This document shows positions 11,036 through 23,813 of a stretch of 39,479 nucleotides of DNA, piece by piece. Position 1 is the first letter of the stretch, and each line of letters starts with the position of its first letter. The DNA is from Octopus sinensis (lineage: Eukaryota). The stretch covers positions 1-39,479 of the forward strand of contig NW_021835414.1 of the NCBI RefSeq assembly GCF_006345805.1, given 5' to 3'. The notes under the pieces are model-generated. The model was not told the origin of the DNA. It saw only the letters and a program-made list of their open reading frames with translations, and ran no database searches. The position numbers and the translations under genes are program-made.

Positions 11036-11184
11036 GTGTTATGTATATTTTCATATATGTATGTATATTTTTATATGTAGCTGGATAAACACGTATATAT
11101 ATATATATATACATCATACATACATATTTATACTATATATATATGTATTTATATCTAAATGTGTGATATGATGGAGTAGTTCAT

Positions 11185-11215
<31 letters not shown>

Positions 11216-11240
11216 CTATATATATCTATATATATATATT
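10720..11240. repeat. (CA)n/(AT)n/(ATGT)n compound microsatellite field
   Basis: Direct tandem repeats. Confidence 0.93.
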
Positions 11241-11859
11241 GTATATATATACACACTGAGCTACTCCATCATATCACACACATGTACAATGATGGAAATG
11301 TAGATTTAGTCGGGTGCTTTCGGGTTTTCTTTTTAAATACTTTTTATATGTTTATTAATTTATTTTTATTTTATTTTTCATTTTTTTTTTTTTTGTCAAT
11401 TTTCTTTCTTTCTTGTCTTGCTCTTATTTCCTGCTGACCGTCAAACGGAAATTAGATATAAACCTATAACTAAAACAGGTTAGCAGAAAACAGCGTTCAA
11501 CATCAACAACTACCTGCCTTGTTTATTTATTGATATTATTTACCTGCAGTTAAATCAATGTTAAGTCTAGAGTTTCGCTGACCAATCTCTTTTCTGAGCT
11601 GGCTTTTTTTTTCCTGCAATTTTTGTATGTTTTATTAATGGATTTATATATTTATTTGTGTCTTGGTTTCTAAGTTTATTTGTGTTGCAGAGACTGGGGT
11701 ATAAAATTAACGGACTGTCGAAATCTGGTGCAACATTTATTGTAATGAAATATAAACTTAAAAACTTGAAACCCTGCACACCATGTACACGCACATAATA
11801 CCGTGTATGTATGTATATGTATGTTGTGTGCATGTGTGTGTGTTGTATGTATGTATTTA

Positions 11860-11927
<68 letters not shown>

Positions 11928-11936
11928 GTATATATA

Positions 11937-12027
11937 TACGGGAAGCTTTATGAAAATAACAAAAGACGAAGGCAGGTGGAAACAACGAACAATTGTATTA
12001 GTATGGCGCTCAGGAAATAGAGAAATA
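11937..12027. mobile_element. About 90-bp interspersed repeat (copy 1), unclassified
   Basis: Near-identical to 33466-33555; embedded in (AT)n. Confidence 0.75.
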
Positions 12028-12088
12028 TGTGTATATAACTATATATGTGTATACTTGTATGAGAGTGAATATATATATTATATTATAT

Positions 12089-12126
<38 letters not shown>

Positions 12127-12199
12127 TACATAAATATATATATACATATGTATTTATATATATTTATATACAATTTATATACACCTATATATAAGTATA

Positions 12200-12380
<181 letters not shown>

Positions 12381-12923
12381 GGTATCTCAGAAAAATTTAT
12401 GTAGATTTAACAGTTGATAACCCAGGTCCCATAGCTTTTAGACTTAACACATTAGAAATAACTAACAGAGCCAGATTTTGCTTTAAACGATGAAATTTAA
12501 GCTGAGAATCCTAAAGAATGTTTCGAAGTGCAAAGATCGTGTAGGAGGGAGTTTTTCAAACAGATCTGTCTGTGCAACTTACGATCGCTCGATTTTAAAA
12601 AAAAGACTTGAAGCCGATGGACTGTTCAGAATTTCTCTAAGAAAAAGTCCCAGAAGACCCTTGACATCAACGGATCCGTAGAAAGTAAAAACGGTCACTA
12701 GAAAATTTGCGCGGTAAGCGAGTTCATAAGATAATAATTTCAAAATTAATGCTTGCATTGCATTTTCAAAGGCTGCTATCAGAAGGGTTACATTCTGAGA
12801 ATACTTTCAATGAAGGTAATCCGAATTGAAGAATCAGATTTTTCCCGTGTTACTTGGCAGGGTTTCTAGAAAATGCACACTTTCCAAGAAAAGTGGGTTG
12901 GAGTCGTGTTGCTACATTTAAAG

Positions 12924-13155
12924 TAGTGATTCTCAACTGAGGTCTGTATGACCCTTGGGGTCCACATAAGATTTTAAGCGCAATATGACCCTTGGGGGTC
13001 TACATAAGATTTTATGCACAATACGACCCTTGGGGTCAACGTAAGATTTTATGCACAATACGACCCATGAGGGTCAACATAAGATTTTATGCGCAATATG
13101 GCCCTTGGGTGTCCACATAAGATATTATGCGCAATATGACCCTTGGATGTCCACA
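12924..13155 (+). repeat. 37-38 bp minisatellite (5.5 units) grown at the end of a hAT-MITE-like sequence
   Basis: Units atgacccttgggggtccacataagattttatgcgcaat starting at 12948, 12985, 13023, 13060, 13098, 13136; preceded by tagtgattctcaac (CAGTGGTTCTCAAC-like hAT TIR). Confidence 0.85.
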
Positions 13156-13905
13156 ACCGTCACTCATACATATCTGGGGACCTGAGTGTCCGCACATTAC
13201 CGAGGTACATGTTATTAACTTTGCAGAGGCCGCAGTATCGATGCAGCGGCAAAAGAGATTAATGGGCCATTCTTTTTCGACGGTATTGTGACTGAAGATG
13301 TGGGTTTATATTTCCATCGGGGTGGGGATATTGCACAGCACCATAGTAATATAACCTCGATAAGATTTTACCAAACATCTGGAATAAACGAAGAGATTCG
13401 GTAGAATGCCCTTCATGCTCACCGGGCGTCACAACACTTGATTTCTTTTTTTTGGGTGGGGGGGGGCAGTTAAAGGGGCAATAGTCGAGGGTTTCAGGGG
13501 AACCATTGAACAAGAATGCCATCAACGCAAATGTCGAACGCAATGTTTCTTGATATTTGCAATTCCATTGTTTCGCGTTATCAGTAGAGCTGCAACCATG
13601 TTTGTGTGTGTGTATGCATATATGTATGCATGTACGCATGCATCTATGTATGTATGTATATATGTATGTACATAAGTATGTATGTTTGCTTGCATTTTCG
13701 ATTATTTTTCAGAATATTTTTCTACAGTGTTGGCTTTATGGTGGTTTGCTGTGTAACAGAGTTCTTTCCTTTCTTCCATTCTTTGTTTCTTTCTCGTTTT
13801 CATTCCTTCGTACTTTTTGTATTGTCTAGATTCTTTCATTTCGTTTTCTACCCCCAACTAGTTCCTTCTGTTAGCAATTTAGAATTTTATATATATATTT
13901 ATATA

Positions 13906-13939
<34 letters not shown>

Positions 13940-14598
13940 ATATATATATAAGTTCAGCAAAACAATTTAGATTCAAATGAATATAGTACTTAATTTAGAT
14001 GCACCAGAAATTTTTATGGTATTACCCCTAAAAATTATGTGGGGTGATTATATATATATATATATTATATATATATATATATACATATATATACACACAT
14101 GTATATATATATGTGTGTGTGTGTGTGTGTAAGTATATATTAATATATATGTATATATGTGTGTGCGTGTGTGTGTAGATGTGTGTAAATGTCTATATAT
14201 ATTCATACATATATATCGATATATGTGTGTACGCCCGCGTGTGTTTGTATGTATATATAACTGTGTGTTTGTGTGTGTATGCGAAGAACTTAAAAAAGAA
14301 GAGCTTAGAAAAAAAATATCGACCGAAAACATTAGAAAGTAATTTTAAATGTAATAAAATAAAATAGATATAAAAAAAATATAAATACAATAAAATAGAA
14401 GAGAGCTGGGTTAGATCCGATAGAATATAAGGCATGGTGTCAAAAAGGAAGAAGACAAAGAGGAGAAAGAAACACCATTCACACACACACGCATGCGCAC
14501 ACACACACGCACGACTAAACCTGAAAGGTCACAAGAAGGTAATTTGACCTTTCAGAGACTACGAGATAAACGATGCACACGCACACACACGCACGCAC

Positions 14599-14633
<35 letters not shown>

Positions 14634-14879
14634 GAAGCAACATCGTTCTGGAGACATTTCAACGCCGTTCCATCTTTTGTTAGCAGAAAAAAGGACGTTG
14701 GTGAAGGTATGAACTTAGGAGAGAAACTTGACTGATTGCTCTCTTTAATATCACATCGGACCAAAAAATCCACCCCACCGCCGCTCTCACTCCCCTCCCT
14801 CCTTCTCTCTTTCCCCCAGCTCTTTCTCTCTCAATCTCCATCTCTTTCTCTTTCTCCCCCCTCTCTGTCTCTCTCTCTC

Positions 14880-14966
14880 TCTCTAATTGTCATCTACCTC
14901 TTCACTTCTTCGCTGTGTCTATATATCCCTCGACGATCTCTAAGAGTCTCTTTCTCTCTTCCTCGG

Positions 14967-15009
<43 letters not shown>

Positions 15010-15153
15010 TGGTGTGTGTGTGTGTGTGTGTGTGTGGTGTGTTTGTATGTATGTATATATATATATTATATATATATATATACACAATTATATATACTTA
15101 TATATAGATACATATATATATATACTTATATATATATATACATATTATATACG

Positions 15154-15184
<31 letters not shown>

Positions 15185-15200
15185 TATATATATATAATAC

Positions 15201-15241
<41 letters not shown>

Positions 15242-15335
15242 CATACATACATATGTGTGTATATGAATGTATGCATGTATGTATGTACGTATGTATGTAT
15301 GTATGTATGTTTGTATGTTTGTATGTATGCATGTA
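14880..15335. repeat. (CT)/(AT)/(GT)/(ATGT)n compound microsatellite field
   Basis: Direct tandem repeats. Confidence 0.9.
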
Positions 15336-16149
15336 AGAGTCTGTGTGAAGCTATATATCTCCGATTCTGTTTGCTTGACACTTTATTCTGACTATTGGCA
15401 AATACAACGGTTCTGTTGCTTTCCGTCAGTGTGTATATGTGTACCCATATACATACACGTGTCTATACATTAACAGCTATATGTTGTGTTTGCTTAATAC
15501 TAATGTTTCGCACGAGGAAGGCTTATCAGGCATTGTTGGATAACGCCTGTTATTTCATACATGTATATTGATTCCTGAAATACATAAAAAAAAAACAATC
15601 CTTACGTGGCAGTGGTCGTTCATTAAATTTTTAAGACTCGTATCTTTGTTGACTCTCGTATGCGTGAGTCTTGCGTCTATGCATGTGTGTTCCTTCAGAA
15701 AGTTTGATGAATGAATGTGTTGCTATTTAAATGTGTGTGTGTATTACGCATGTATATATTATGTATATATACAGGTATTAAGGTATACATGAATGTATGT
15801 ATGTATGTATATATCTAGGTATGTATGTATAATTTTGTGTCTGTGACTGCCATATGATACCGGTTAATGTGTCAGTTTATTAAAAGAAGTAAAACAAAAT
15901 TTCGGTGTGAGTTTTTGAAAAGTAAATGGAATAGAAGAACGAATGATTTAATTTATTGTATTATTCCTGTATATTCGTTTATTTTGGGAAAGGTCAGAAG
16001 ATTGCTATGTAGGGGAGTTCACTCTGACGTTACTACTAATTAAGGCGCGAAATATTATTTGAAGAGGGAAGAAAGAGAGAAAAATGTGCTTTGTTTGATA
16101 TATTATTAGTGCTGTTGGCTTGCCATTATGGCATTTAACGATATGTTTT

Positions 16150-16720
16150 AGCATGTGAGGGCATGAAAAAATTAATTCTGTGTTTATACAATGTTTTGGT
16201 TGGGTGTTTCAGAATTCATAACCTTTCTAGAGTGCAAAGGCTACAAAAAGTTACATTTGATTGTGTATACGGTGCTGATTTACCAAAGAGTCATCATTTA
16301 ATAATATGGGGTGTATTGCTATTTTTCAGAAACCAGATAGTGTTGCCAGTGTTGCATCCCATCTCCTTTGTAATGTTCAAAGCGTATAATTATGTTGATA
16401 AGGTCTGTTCTTTCATTGCTTAGCAGTTATCCCTATATAACCACTGATATTTTGATTAATGTGTTGTTGCTGCATGTACCTGGTTTTTCTAAGCTATTAC
16501 TGTTGACTGGGTAAATGCTTTGTCGACGGCAATTGCATTTCGGTGTTCTCTTATTATCTGCGTGTTTGTTGTTCATTTTCATTTTGTGAAGCGATGCTAT
16601 GGTATTAGTAGAAATTTGGTGGTAAATATCTAATTTGAAAGAGATAGGATAATTGATCATCCTGTAATTATGTCCAAGAAGTAAGTGGATCTCTTTCAAA
16701 TGTACTCTACAAATTTACAT
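16150..16720 (-). pseudogene. Penelope-like element GIY-YIG endonuclease relic
   Basis: Minus-strand translation across stops and frameshifts: KCNCRRQSIYPVNSNSLEK...YIGITAKQ*KNRPYQHNYTL...FLKNSNTPHIIK**LFGKSAPY..FCSLCTLER; CNCR, YIG at 16439-16431 and C-x2-C layout typical of Penelope EN; possible RT remnant (NKDNLFFALNF) near 17070-17110. Confidence 0.72.
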
Positions 16721-17710
16721 TGAGTTCTCTTTTGCTTATTGAAATGCTACCGTATTTCTTTCAAATTTTGTGCCCCTACTTACATTATATAATGTTATTT
16801 TTAACTTGAGAAAATTTGATTGGAAGGAAATGTGTCATCTAATTCTCTCCAGCTGAGAAGTCACGTAAGAACTTCCTCGTTGACTTGCTTGAAATATATG
16901 TATGCAGCAAGTCAGGGAAAGCTCAAGATAGCAATCCACCATACTTTTAGTGAAGATAGCATGTCTTTGGATTGTACAGAGAGTCACGCTGTTACAAATC
17001 AGTGAAATCAGGATTCACAAAGACTTCTCGTCATGGCAACAACAGAGTGTGTGAGAAACGAAGTCGAAAGTTTAGAGCAAAGAACAGATTGTCTTTATTT
17101 AATGGTGAAAACCGTCATGGCTTAACCGCCTCTTGGTTTATAGAGTAACTCGATGAATGGCAGTAAATGTTGATATACAACAACGTTATTGGAGAATGAA
17201 ATAACTTTAAAATATTAACTGGTAACATCCGTATTGCCTGTGTCCTCTGTGCAGGGAAAGATATTGCGGGAAGGTGCTAAAATTGTTGTGGTATTAATTC
17301 GAAGAAGGAAGCACCTTGAAATCCATTCTTCAAGAATACTTCAAATAATGTATTTGAAGCTTAAGTCTTAATGTATGTCTGTACTCACACACACACACAC
17401 GCACACACACGCACACACGCACACACATCCACTGTTCATTAACGATCCGGGAGGAATATTCAATACAGATATAGAGTGTTGAAGTCCTTTATATATAATA
17501 TGTCGTGTCACTTCACCTAATTTAAGTTGCCTGAAGAAGCAGCTGCAGGCTGTGGTGGAAGTTTCGGCGTAACAGGCCATTAGAGCGGTCTAAATGAGTA
17601 TGTGTGAGTGTGTGCCTGTGTGTGCCTGTGTGTGTGTATGTATTTATCTTTCAGTGTGTTTCTGTGTATATGTGTATATCGCTATGTATGTCTAACTGGG
17701 CGTGTGTAAA

Positions 17711-17748
<38 letters not shown>

Positions 17749-18181
17749 TATCGCTTAGCCAACAGGGAAAGGGCATCGCTGATGACCCGGTGCAGAGCTT
17801 TAAGACTGATACTGGTAGGGAAGAGTATGGGGTGGAGTTATTCGCAGATTGAGAAATAAATGTTTCCAAGGTTCAAGTGGGCGGGGCGGGGGTGGCAGAA
17901 GGGATGACTTGGGTTAATCTGAGGGAAATATAAAATCTACCACCACACGATGTAAGGACGAGGGGTCTCTTCGGTTTTCCATCTACCAAATTCCAACCTC
18001 AAAGATTTCATCAAACCAAGGCTATGGCAAACACACACACACACACACACACACAAACAGGCATGCGCGCACACACACGAATGCACGGACACCCATACAC
18101 ATGTATATCTATATACACGTACGCATATACACCCAAATATATATGGGAATATGCGTGTGTGTGTACGCCTATGTGTGCATG

Positions 18182-18230
<49 letters not shown>

Positions 18231-18352
18231 GTGTGTGTGTTTGCGTGTGTGCGTTTGCGTATGTTGGGCGTGAAGACGAGAGCAAATGCAATGTCGAAGG
18301 ACGCTGATCAGAATAAACTCTGACATTTTTAAATCAAAATTTCACTATGTCA

Positions 18353-18400
<48 letters not shown>

Positions 18401-18486
18401 CTCTCTCTCCTCTCTCTCTCTCTCTCGTCTCTCATCTTCACTCAGCCTTTGTTTTGTTCGCGATCGTTCGTGCCACAGTTGTTATC

Positions 18487-18507
18487 AATATTATTATTAT
18501 TATTATT

Positions 18508-18554
<47 letters not shown>

Positions 18555-18634
18555 TATTATCATTATTGTTGTTATTATTATTATTATTATTATTATTGTT
18601 ATTATTTTTATTATTATTATTATTATTGTTATTG

Positions 18635-18695
<61 letters not shown>
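18487..18695. repeat. (ATT)n/(ATC)n trinucleotide tract
   Basis: Direct tandem repeat. Confidence 0.96.
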
Positions 18696-19249
18696 TTCAA
18701 GTTTATCACTTTTTGTCTTTTAATTTATATATTTATATGTATTCGTCATATTTTTTAGGTTTTGTTTATTAATTTCGTGTTTTGTTGCTGATGTTATTTT
18801 TATTGTTGTTGTTGTTGTTGTTGTTGTAGACGACTACAAAAGGTCATAGATCTGGTATTCAGACCAAGACAACGACAAAAAGGACGAAATAAAAATGAAA
18901 ATCCTACATCCGGGCATCTCTTTTTTTCCTTCTTGCACAGATATATCCATCAATCCTTCTTTCTCTCTCTCACACACACACACATACATACTCTCTCACT
19001 CTGTATTATTCTCTCTCTCACTCTCTCTCTCTATCTCTCCCTGTCTCTTACACTCTTTCACTCTCTCTCCGACTCTCTCACTCCCCCTACTCTCTCTCTC
19101 TCTTTCTCTTACTCTCCCGTTCTCAGTCTCTTCTTTTCTTTGAATTTCATTACATTCCTTGTATTTTCATTGTCATATCGTTCGAAATTCTGTTCGAATT
19201 CACTCTTTTTTTCTAAATCGTCATAAATTTCTCCTTCAAATTCATCTTC

Positions 19250-19280
<31 letters not shown>

Positions 19281-19290
19281 ACATCATTAC

Positions 19291-19344
<54 letters not shown>

Positions 19345-19554
19345 ACTAGCTGGCAGAATCCTTACTACCTTCGGATAAAATGCTTAGCTGCGTTTTTCTC
19401 GCCTCTTTATGGTTTGGCTTCAAGTTCTATGAAGGTCGACTATTCCTTTCATCGTTTTCGGTCGATAAAATATGTACCAGTCAAATACTAGGGGCGAGCA
19501 GATCGCTTACCTCCTCCCCATAAAATTGCTGTCCTTGTGTCAAAATTTGAAAGA
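19345..19554 (+). mobile_element. Diverged SINE-A copy
   Basis: agctggcagaatc...aaatgcttagc...ggtcgactattcctttcatc..ggtcgataaaata.gtaccag...gtccttgtgtcaaaatttgaaa. Confidence 0.78.
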
Positions 19555-20091
19555 ACTTTTATTATCATCTTTACTTAAAGCTCATATTTTAATTGCTCCT
19601 TTTCATTGTACTAAGAATACATCTCTGAGTGCCTTGTATATGTGCTGTGGTTTGACGTTCTTATTTTTACAACATTGAAAGTGTTCTATGTATAATTCGT
19701 GCGGTACCAAATGGTGCTATTTTGTTGGAAATAGGGATATGTATTAATCTGCATGTTTTGTGCGGTGATATGTTTGCTCCCCCAACCAATTGTTCTGGGT
19801 TCAATCACATTCCGTAGTTCCAAATTTAGTCTTAGATTTTAGATGCTTCACAGTTTTGCTTCTTCTTCTCCTTCATATCTATCAGTTATGATGAACTCTG
19901 ATTCAGAATTTTCGGTGTCTTTGTATCCTTAATAATAGGAACCCGTTTTTGTATTATTATTCATATTTTGTCACGATATTTATCAGTTCTCCTTAATTCT
20001 GAATTAGATATTTTTGTAGTCATACAGTGGTTATTTCAAATTATTTTCCAGGTATACAAAGCCTCTACCGCCATTACTGTTGTTATTATTA

Positions 20092-20352
20092 TTTTTATTT
20101 GGCTCAAGCTCGGTCTTATTCCTGGCAGGGTTTATGTGGGCAACGGGTTACTACCCTTAACCTTGGGTATCCACAAGTTTTCAGCAGTCTTTCAAGTGCT
20201 AAGAACATTCCTAATAATCCTTGCTGTCCCTAAGAGACAAACTTTCGGTAGGAGCTCTACCGGGCACTCTATTCCAATCTCCGTCAATTTGTTTATACCT
20301 TAGCTTACTGATTCTAACGCACCAATTGTTATAGGCAACATGTTTACAATTC
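20092..20352 (-). mobile_element. R4/Dong-clade LINE 3' fragment (second family)
   Basis: Minus-strand LPITIGALESVS*GINKLTEIGIECPVELLPKVCLLGTARIIRNVLST* (R4/Dong terminal motif), short 3' UTR, (TAA)n on both sides. Confidence 0.75.
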
Positions 20353-20403
20353 TCTATTATTATCATTATTATTATCATTATTATTATTATTATTATCATC
20401 ATA

Positions 20404-20441
<38 letters not shown>

Positions 20442-20468
20442 CATCATCATCACCATTATTATTATTAA

Positions 20469-20521
<53 letters not shown>

Positions 20522-20558
20522 GTATTATCATCATTATTATCATCACCATTATTATTAA

Positions 20559-20591
<33 letters not shown>

Positions 20592-20673
20592 CATCATTAT
20601 TATCATCACCATTATTATTAATATTATTATTATTATTATTATGATTATGATTATTATGATTATTATTATTATT
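20353..20673. repeat. (ATT)n/(ATC)n tract
   Basis: Direct tandem repeat. Confidence 0.96.
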
Positions 20674-20889
20674 GAGTGAGAGAGCAGTGCATGCCATCAA
20701 AGTGACACTGGGGTAAAATATATGAAGCCCAGTATACCCATCATGACAACCTGTCTGATAAGGGTACACCAGGCACACGCATCACAACCATATGTGCGCG
20801 ACATGGTGATCTCATATCAAGATAAACAGTACATGACCTTGCAGCTGGGGTCCAGTTAGAATTTTCATCCCGGTCAAAAGGTCCCTGAA
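20674..20889. mobile_element. Unclassified 216-bp insert within (TAA)n
   Basis: Complex sequence bounded on both sides by ATT repeats; resembles from recall an abundant Octopus TAA-embedded repeat (unverified). Confidence 0.45.
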
Positions 20890-20945
20890 TTATTATTATT
20901 ACTATTATTATTATTATTATTATATTATTATTATTATTATTATTA

Positions 20946-23592
20946 CTTTTTTTTTTCTTCTTTCAAATTTTCTTCCATTTCTTGCCGAGTGTCTTCCCGA
21001 CTCCTAGGGCAAAGAAACTCATAGTGTATATTGGTAGGCCATTAAACCAAACTCAGTATTTCGATCATATTTTTTTTTTTTTTTTTAAAGTTAAATTAAA
21101 ATACATGAGCAGCAACAGTTCTCACATCGACAATGCTCTTCTCAATACGTGTGATGTACCAGTTAAGACAATCTTTTGCACTTCTTGCAGGGATGGTAAG
21201 CCAGGGATCATTCTCATATAATTTTCGGTTCCCTTCTTGATCATTCCTAGTGCTCCTACGATCACTGGTATTGTAACCGCCTTGAGATGCCACATTTTCT
21301 CAATTTCAATGAGTAAGTCTTTATATTTTCTGAGCTTGTCAAACTCTTTCGCTGAGATATTATGATCACAGGGGATGCTCATGTCGATCAATAAGCAAAC
21401 TTTATTGTTTTGGTCTTTCACAACAATACCTGGTTTATTGGCCTTGATGGTTCGGTCTGTATGTACTGGAAAGTCCCACAGAATGGTTACATTTTCTCCT
21501 TCAGTTACAGCCTCAGGGTGGTGATTATACCACTTGTCAGTAGTTTTGATATTGTAATGCCGACTTATTAGCCAGTGGAGATATTGGCCAACTCTGTCAT
21601 GTCTTAATTTATACTCCACTGGTGCTAAGACTTTACATCCAGAGATTAGGTGGTCCACTGTTTCAATCATGTCGTTGCAGAATCGGCATTTTGGGTCTGC
21701 TCCATTTTTCATCACATTGGCCTGGTAGTTCCGGGTTAATAGGCTTTGGTCTTGAGCAGCCAGGATGAAACCTTCGCTCTCTGCTTTTAGCCCTGAGCTC
21801 CGCAGCCACTGATGGGTTTGCTTCTGGTCAACATCAGCTTGTTTGCCGCGGGTCACATATTTGCCGTGCAGAGGTTTCTCCTCCCACCTATCAGCCAATT
21901 GCTCGTGCGCTTTTTTCATTGCCATCATTTTCACCTTCTTTGCAACAATAGTTGCCGTACTTCCCTCGGTTGTTCAGTTTGGGTATCCTGCACGAGATCA
22001 ATAGCAAATTTTTTGCTTTCCTGTTATAGATGAAGCTCTTTCGTCTCTCGTGATTTTCCACGAGCTTTAGCATCCGGTCATTCGATATTTCGAGATATTT
22101 GGCCAGTCCAATTGTGGTTGTTTTGTAAGCTAGTTCAAATTGGATCAGGCCTCGACCTCCTTGGGCTCTGGAAGGTAAAGGCGATCTACGTCTGCCTTTG
22201 GGTGGTGCATCCTATTACAACTCAGGCAGCTTGCGTATTTTTCTATCTATATTCTTTACTTCACTCATATTCCACAGTTCAACACATTGTAGCTATAAGT
22301 AACAACTGGAACTGCTAGGGAATTTATAGCTAACACCTTGTTACGTGCATTTAGTTCAGATTTCAGGACTGCACGAACTCTCCTATAACATTCCTTCCTG
22401 ATCTTCTCTTTCATGCTTGCATGCTGAATACCAGAGCCTTCATTTATCCCTAAATATTTGTATGTTTGTTCTTGCTCAAGCTCTCTTATGACTGTGTCAA
22501 CATCTAACACAACTGAATTTGTGGTCTTCACTTTCCCTTTCTGGAAAGTGGCCTTGGCACACTTCTCAAGTCCAAACTCCATCCCGATGTCATCGCTGAA
22601 TGCTTTCACGGTGCGCAATAGGGCCTTCAAGTTCATTATTGTCTTTACCATAAAGTTTTAAGTCATCCATATAAAATAGATGGCTTATTTTTTTATTGGC
22701 AATTTTATACCCATACCTGTTCTGTTTAATTCACTTGTAAGGGGTATTAGGGCTATGCAGAATATTATAGGTGAAAGTGAGTCACCTTGAAAAATTCCAC
22801 AGTTGATGTTTATATTTTCTGAGGCAAGTACTCCATTAGAGTGGTATAATTGGAGATTCGTATTCCACAACGACATATTGTGCTTCAGGAAGTTTGAAAT
22901 CATCAGGGGAATTTTGAAGATGTCCAGCGATCTCAAGATCCATGGATGCGGTATACTGTCGAAGGCCTTTTTATAGTCAATCCATGCGGTGCTGAGATTT
23001 CTGCGCTTGTTGTGACAGTTCTCAAGGATCATACGATTGATCAGCAGTTGATCTTTGCGTCCGTAAGAGCCTCGGCGGCACCCCTTTTGTTCAATGGGGA
23101 AAATATCGTTTCTTCTCCATGAATGCATATGTTTTCTCCGCCAGGATAGATGTTAGGATTTTATACGTGGTGGATAGACAGGTTATAGGCCGATAGTTTT
23201 TTTGAAGGTTGGTTTCGTTATTCTTTGGGAGTAGGTAAGTAATGCCACTTGCTAACCATTCAGGTGTTTTCTTTGGGTCTCTCATAATTCCATTGAGCAG
23301 CTGAACTAGCTTACCGTGTGCGCACGGGAGCGATGCGAGCCAGAAATTCGGCACCCTATCTTTACCGGGGGATTTCCAATTTGGGCTTCGTGAGTGCCTT
23401 TCTTAGGTCTGGCTATTGTGATGTCTTCCCATGCTTGTTGTTGTAAATTTGGTAGGATCCTTCAGTTTGTATAATCCAGTCTGCATTTATGTTGTACGTC
23501 TTCTTGTCACTCCAAATCCTTTTCCAAAAGTTTTGAACTTCTTCCATGGGAAGGGGGGGGTCTTTAACGGTTACTTTCTCCTTCCCTATTTC

Positions 23593-23595
<3 letters not shown>
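20946..23595 (-). mobile_element. 5'-truncated R4/Dong-clade non-LTR retrotransposon (RT plus CCHC plus restriction-like endonuclease), frameshifted
   Basis: NWKSPGKDRVPNFWL, NYRPITCLSTTYKILT, AWIDYKKAFDSIPH, GIFQGDSLSP, FYMDD (22662-22673), CRFC..ETVDHLISGC, RHD, KP(G)IVV..D, KLRKYKDL, IPVIVGALG, VLTGTSHVLRRALSM*; 3' UTR; (TAA)n flanks. Confidence 0.93.
21122..21934 (-). CDS. Uninterrupted C-terminal segment of the R4/Dong ORF (zinc knuckle plus RLE domain); part of a disrupted element
   Basis: 270-aa ORF with CCHC, RHD, PD-(D/E)xK-type motifs; PD appears as PG. Confidence 0.8.
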   Translation of the reverse strand: MKMMAMKKAHEQLADRWEEKPLHGKYVTRGKQADVDQKQTHQWLRSSGLKAESEGFILAAQDQSLLTRNYQANVMKNGADPKCRFCNDMIETVDHLISGCKVLAPVEYKLRHDRVGQYLHWLISRHYNIKTTDKWYNHHPEAVTEGENVTILWDFPVHTDRTIKANKPGIVVKDQNNKVCLLIDMSIPCDHNISAKEFDKLRKYKDLLIEIEKMWHLKAVTIPVIVGALGMIKKGTENYMRMIPGLPSLQEVQKIVLTGTSHVLRRALSM

Positions 23596-23659
<64 letters not shown>

Positions 23660-23763
23660 GACGTGGCAGAGTATACAATATTATGGGGTTGTTGATTGGA
23701 GATATTGTGCCCACCAGGGGTTCGTATTGTTTCTCAAGTCACAACAAATTATTATTATTATTA

Positions 23764-23813
<50 letters not shown>

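Noticed and set aside
12490-12900. Reverse transcriptase or other coding remnant
   Set aside because: No diagnostic motif found in any frame inspected
12948-13155. CRISPR-like 37-bp palindromic repeats
   Set aside because: Units are contiguous with no unique spacers, no cas genes, eukaryotic context
14630-14712. Possible exon ending in aag/gtatga
   Set aside because: Good donor but no polypyrimidine acceptor (preceded by CA repeat) and no recognisable peptide
17505-17575. CUGAAGA hammerhead-like string (gttgcctgaagaagcagc..gctgtggtggaagtttcggcgtaac)
   Set aside because: GAAA and stem III are not cleanly present, and there is no second copy in the window to support it; at best a very decayed pLTR
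19900-20070. Further R4-like peptide (DKYRD..VPII) on the minus strand
   Set aside because: Similarity too weak and fragmentary to support
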